Positions 63,023-64,000 of a stretch of DNA of 64,000 nucleotides are shown one piece after another. Location of the stretch: NCBI GenBank assembly GCA_050015075.1, contig JBEKCB010000024.1, positions 21,660 to 85,659 on the forward strand, given 5' to 3'. Numbering within the stretch: the first letter of the stretch is position 1; every line of letters begins with the position of its first letter. The DNA comes from Candidatus Brocadiia bacterium. Lineage in GTDB: Bacteria > Planctomycetota > Brocadiia > CAIUPP01. The notes below the pieces were generated by a model. It was not told the origin of the DNA, ran no database searches, and saw only the letters and a program-made list of their open reading frames with translations. The translations under genes were made by a program, and so were the position numbers.

Positions 63023-63327
63023 GATTTCTCGTGCCGAGCCCAAAGAGTGCAAAACCCAATTCCGCCGACACCGCATTATACTATACGCACTCGGCCGTTG
63101 TTCGGCTAGTGCAGGCGGCCCGACGGCGGGAAAAATGTGGTCCGCACCGGCATGTGTATTCTGACCGGCACAATCCGCAATTTACTCGTGTGGGGAAACA
63201 CCATATGATATACTTCGGCAAGTGCCGGGGAACGCAACATGACAACCGCTCTTTCCGCAACATCGAATAGTTGTAAGTTTAGGTTCGGCGGCTTGTTATG
63301 ACTTAAAACCCGATGGCCGCGCGGGCT

Positions 63328-63344
63328 ACGGAACGGCGATTGCT
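63328..63344 (+). promoter_or_regulatory. Candidate sigma54 promoter
   Basis: CGGAACGGCGATTGCT: GG-N10-GC spacing about 60 nt upstream of the 63403 gene. Confidence 0.45.
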
Positions 63345-63402
63345 GTCGTATTCATTTGCAGCGAAGGTCATCCAGTGCTATGAAAGCGCAGGGAGGAGAA
63401 AA

Positions 63403-63999
63403 ATGAAGGATGAAGGCAGAAGGATGAAGGATGAAGACGCAACAATGAAAAGACGCCATACTCCGTCTTCATCCTTCATCCTTCATTTTTCATCCTTCGC
63501 GTTTCTCCTTCTCCTGGCGGCCTGCAACGGGCCGCACGCTTCCGCGAGCCTGCCGCGTGGGAACCTCAGCGCGCCGCTTGAGCAAGTTCATTTCGACCGT
63601 CCCTGCGACCCCACATTCGAATGCAGCACCGACTTCAACGCCCAGAACCCGATTGACACGTACATGCTGGCCGCCTGGCGCCGGCGCGGCATCGAGCCGG
63701 CGAATCTCTGCTCCGACACGGTCTTCATCCGGCGAGTGTACCTGGATGTCATCGGCACGCTGCCGGAGCCGGACGACGTGCAGGCGTTCGTCGCCGACGC
63801 CGCCGCCGACAAGCGCGCGCGGCTGATTGACGCGCTCCTCCAGCGCGAGGAGTTCGCCGACTATTGGGCGCTGAAATGGTGCGACCTGCTGCGCGTCAAG
63901 GCGGAATTCCCGATCAACCTGTGGCCCAACGCCGTGCAGGCTTACCATCGCTGGGTCCACGACGCGGTCCGCGACGGCATGCCCTACGACCAGTTCGTC
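63403..63999 (+). CDS. DUF1549 (Planctomycete-type) lipoprotein, partial
   Basis: Not in the ORF track; GGAGG RBS; LLLLAAC lipobox; NPID...SD..FIRRVYLD+IGTLP...KR..LID.LL...EFA.YW..KW.DLLR...PYDQFV. Confidence 0.88.
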   Translation, partial: MKDEGRRMKDEDATMKRRHTPSSSFILHFSSFAFLLLLAACNGPHASASLPRGNLSAPLEQVHFDRPCDPTFECSTDFNAQNPIDTYMLAAWRRRGIEPANLCSDTVFIRRVYLDVIGTLPEPDDVQAFVADAAADKRARLIDALLQREEFADYWALKWCDLLRVKAEFPINLWPNAVQAYHRWVHDAVRDGMPYDQFV

Positions 64000-64000
64000 C

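Overview
GC-rich bacterial chromosomal window, most likely Planctomycetota/PVC (prepilin with an H-X9-DG motif, DUF1549-type protein, BlaI/M56 pair, zinc-ribbon membrane proteins). The housekeeping backbone is long greA, rpsO-pnp, a sensor kinase plus NtrC-type regulator, queC/queE, glnS, gltX and a cold-shock gene. It is interrupted by small accessory inserts: three type II TA modules, a TIGR04255 three-gene cassette, an HNH nuclease and a truncated DUF523-DUF1848-SPL-like block. Several archaeal-type genes are present (DRG-like GTPase, DUF366, Topo VI subunit A). The most unusual signals are: (1) a divergent PadR gene with one upstream and six downstream copies of a 21-bp CTAG-bounded palindrome, the downstream ones set in ~99-bp tandem units; (2) a sphingolipid-type operon (Spt, ceramide synthase-like, reductase-like, Aur1/IPC-synthase-like); (3) an unannotated 33-aa CbpA precursor and CbpB radical SAM under a cobalamin riboswitch; (4) a possible chaperone-antitoxin-ADP-ribosyltransferase triad; (5) a duplicated glnS 3' end flanking a TA module. 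The window ends with a surface-glycan cluster containing two radical SAM enzymes. No tRNA, rRNA, CRISPR array or transposase was recognised. All family assignments come from reading motifs by eye; no database searches were run.
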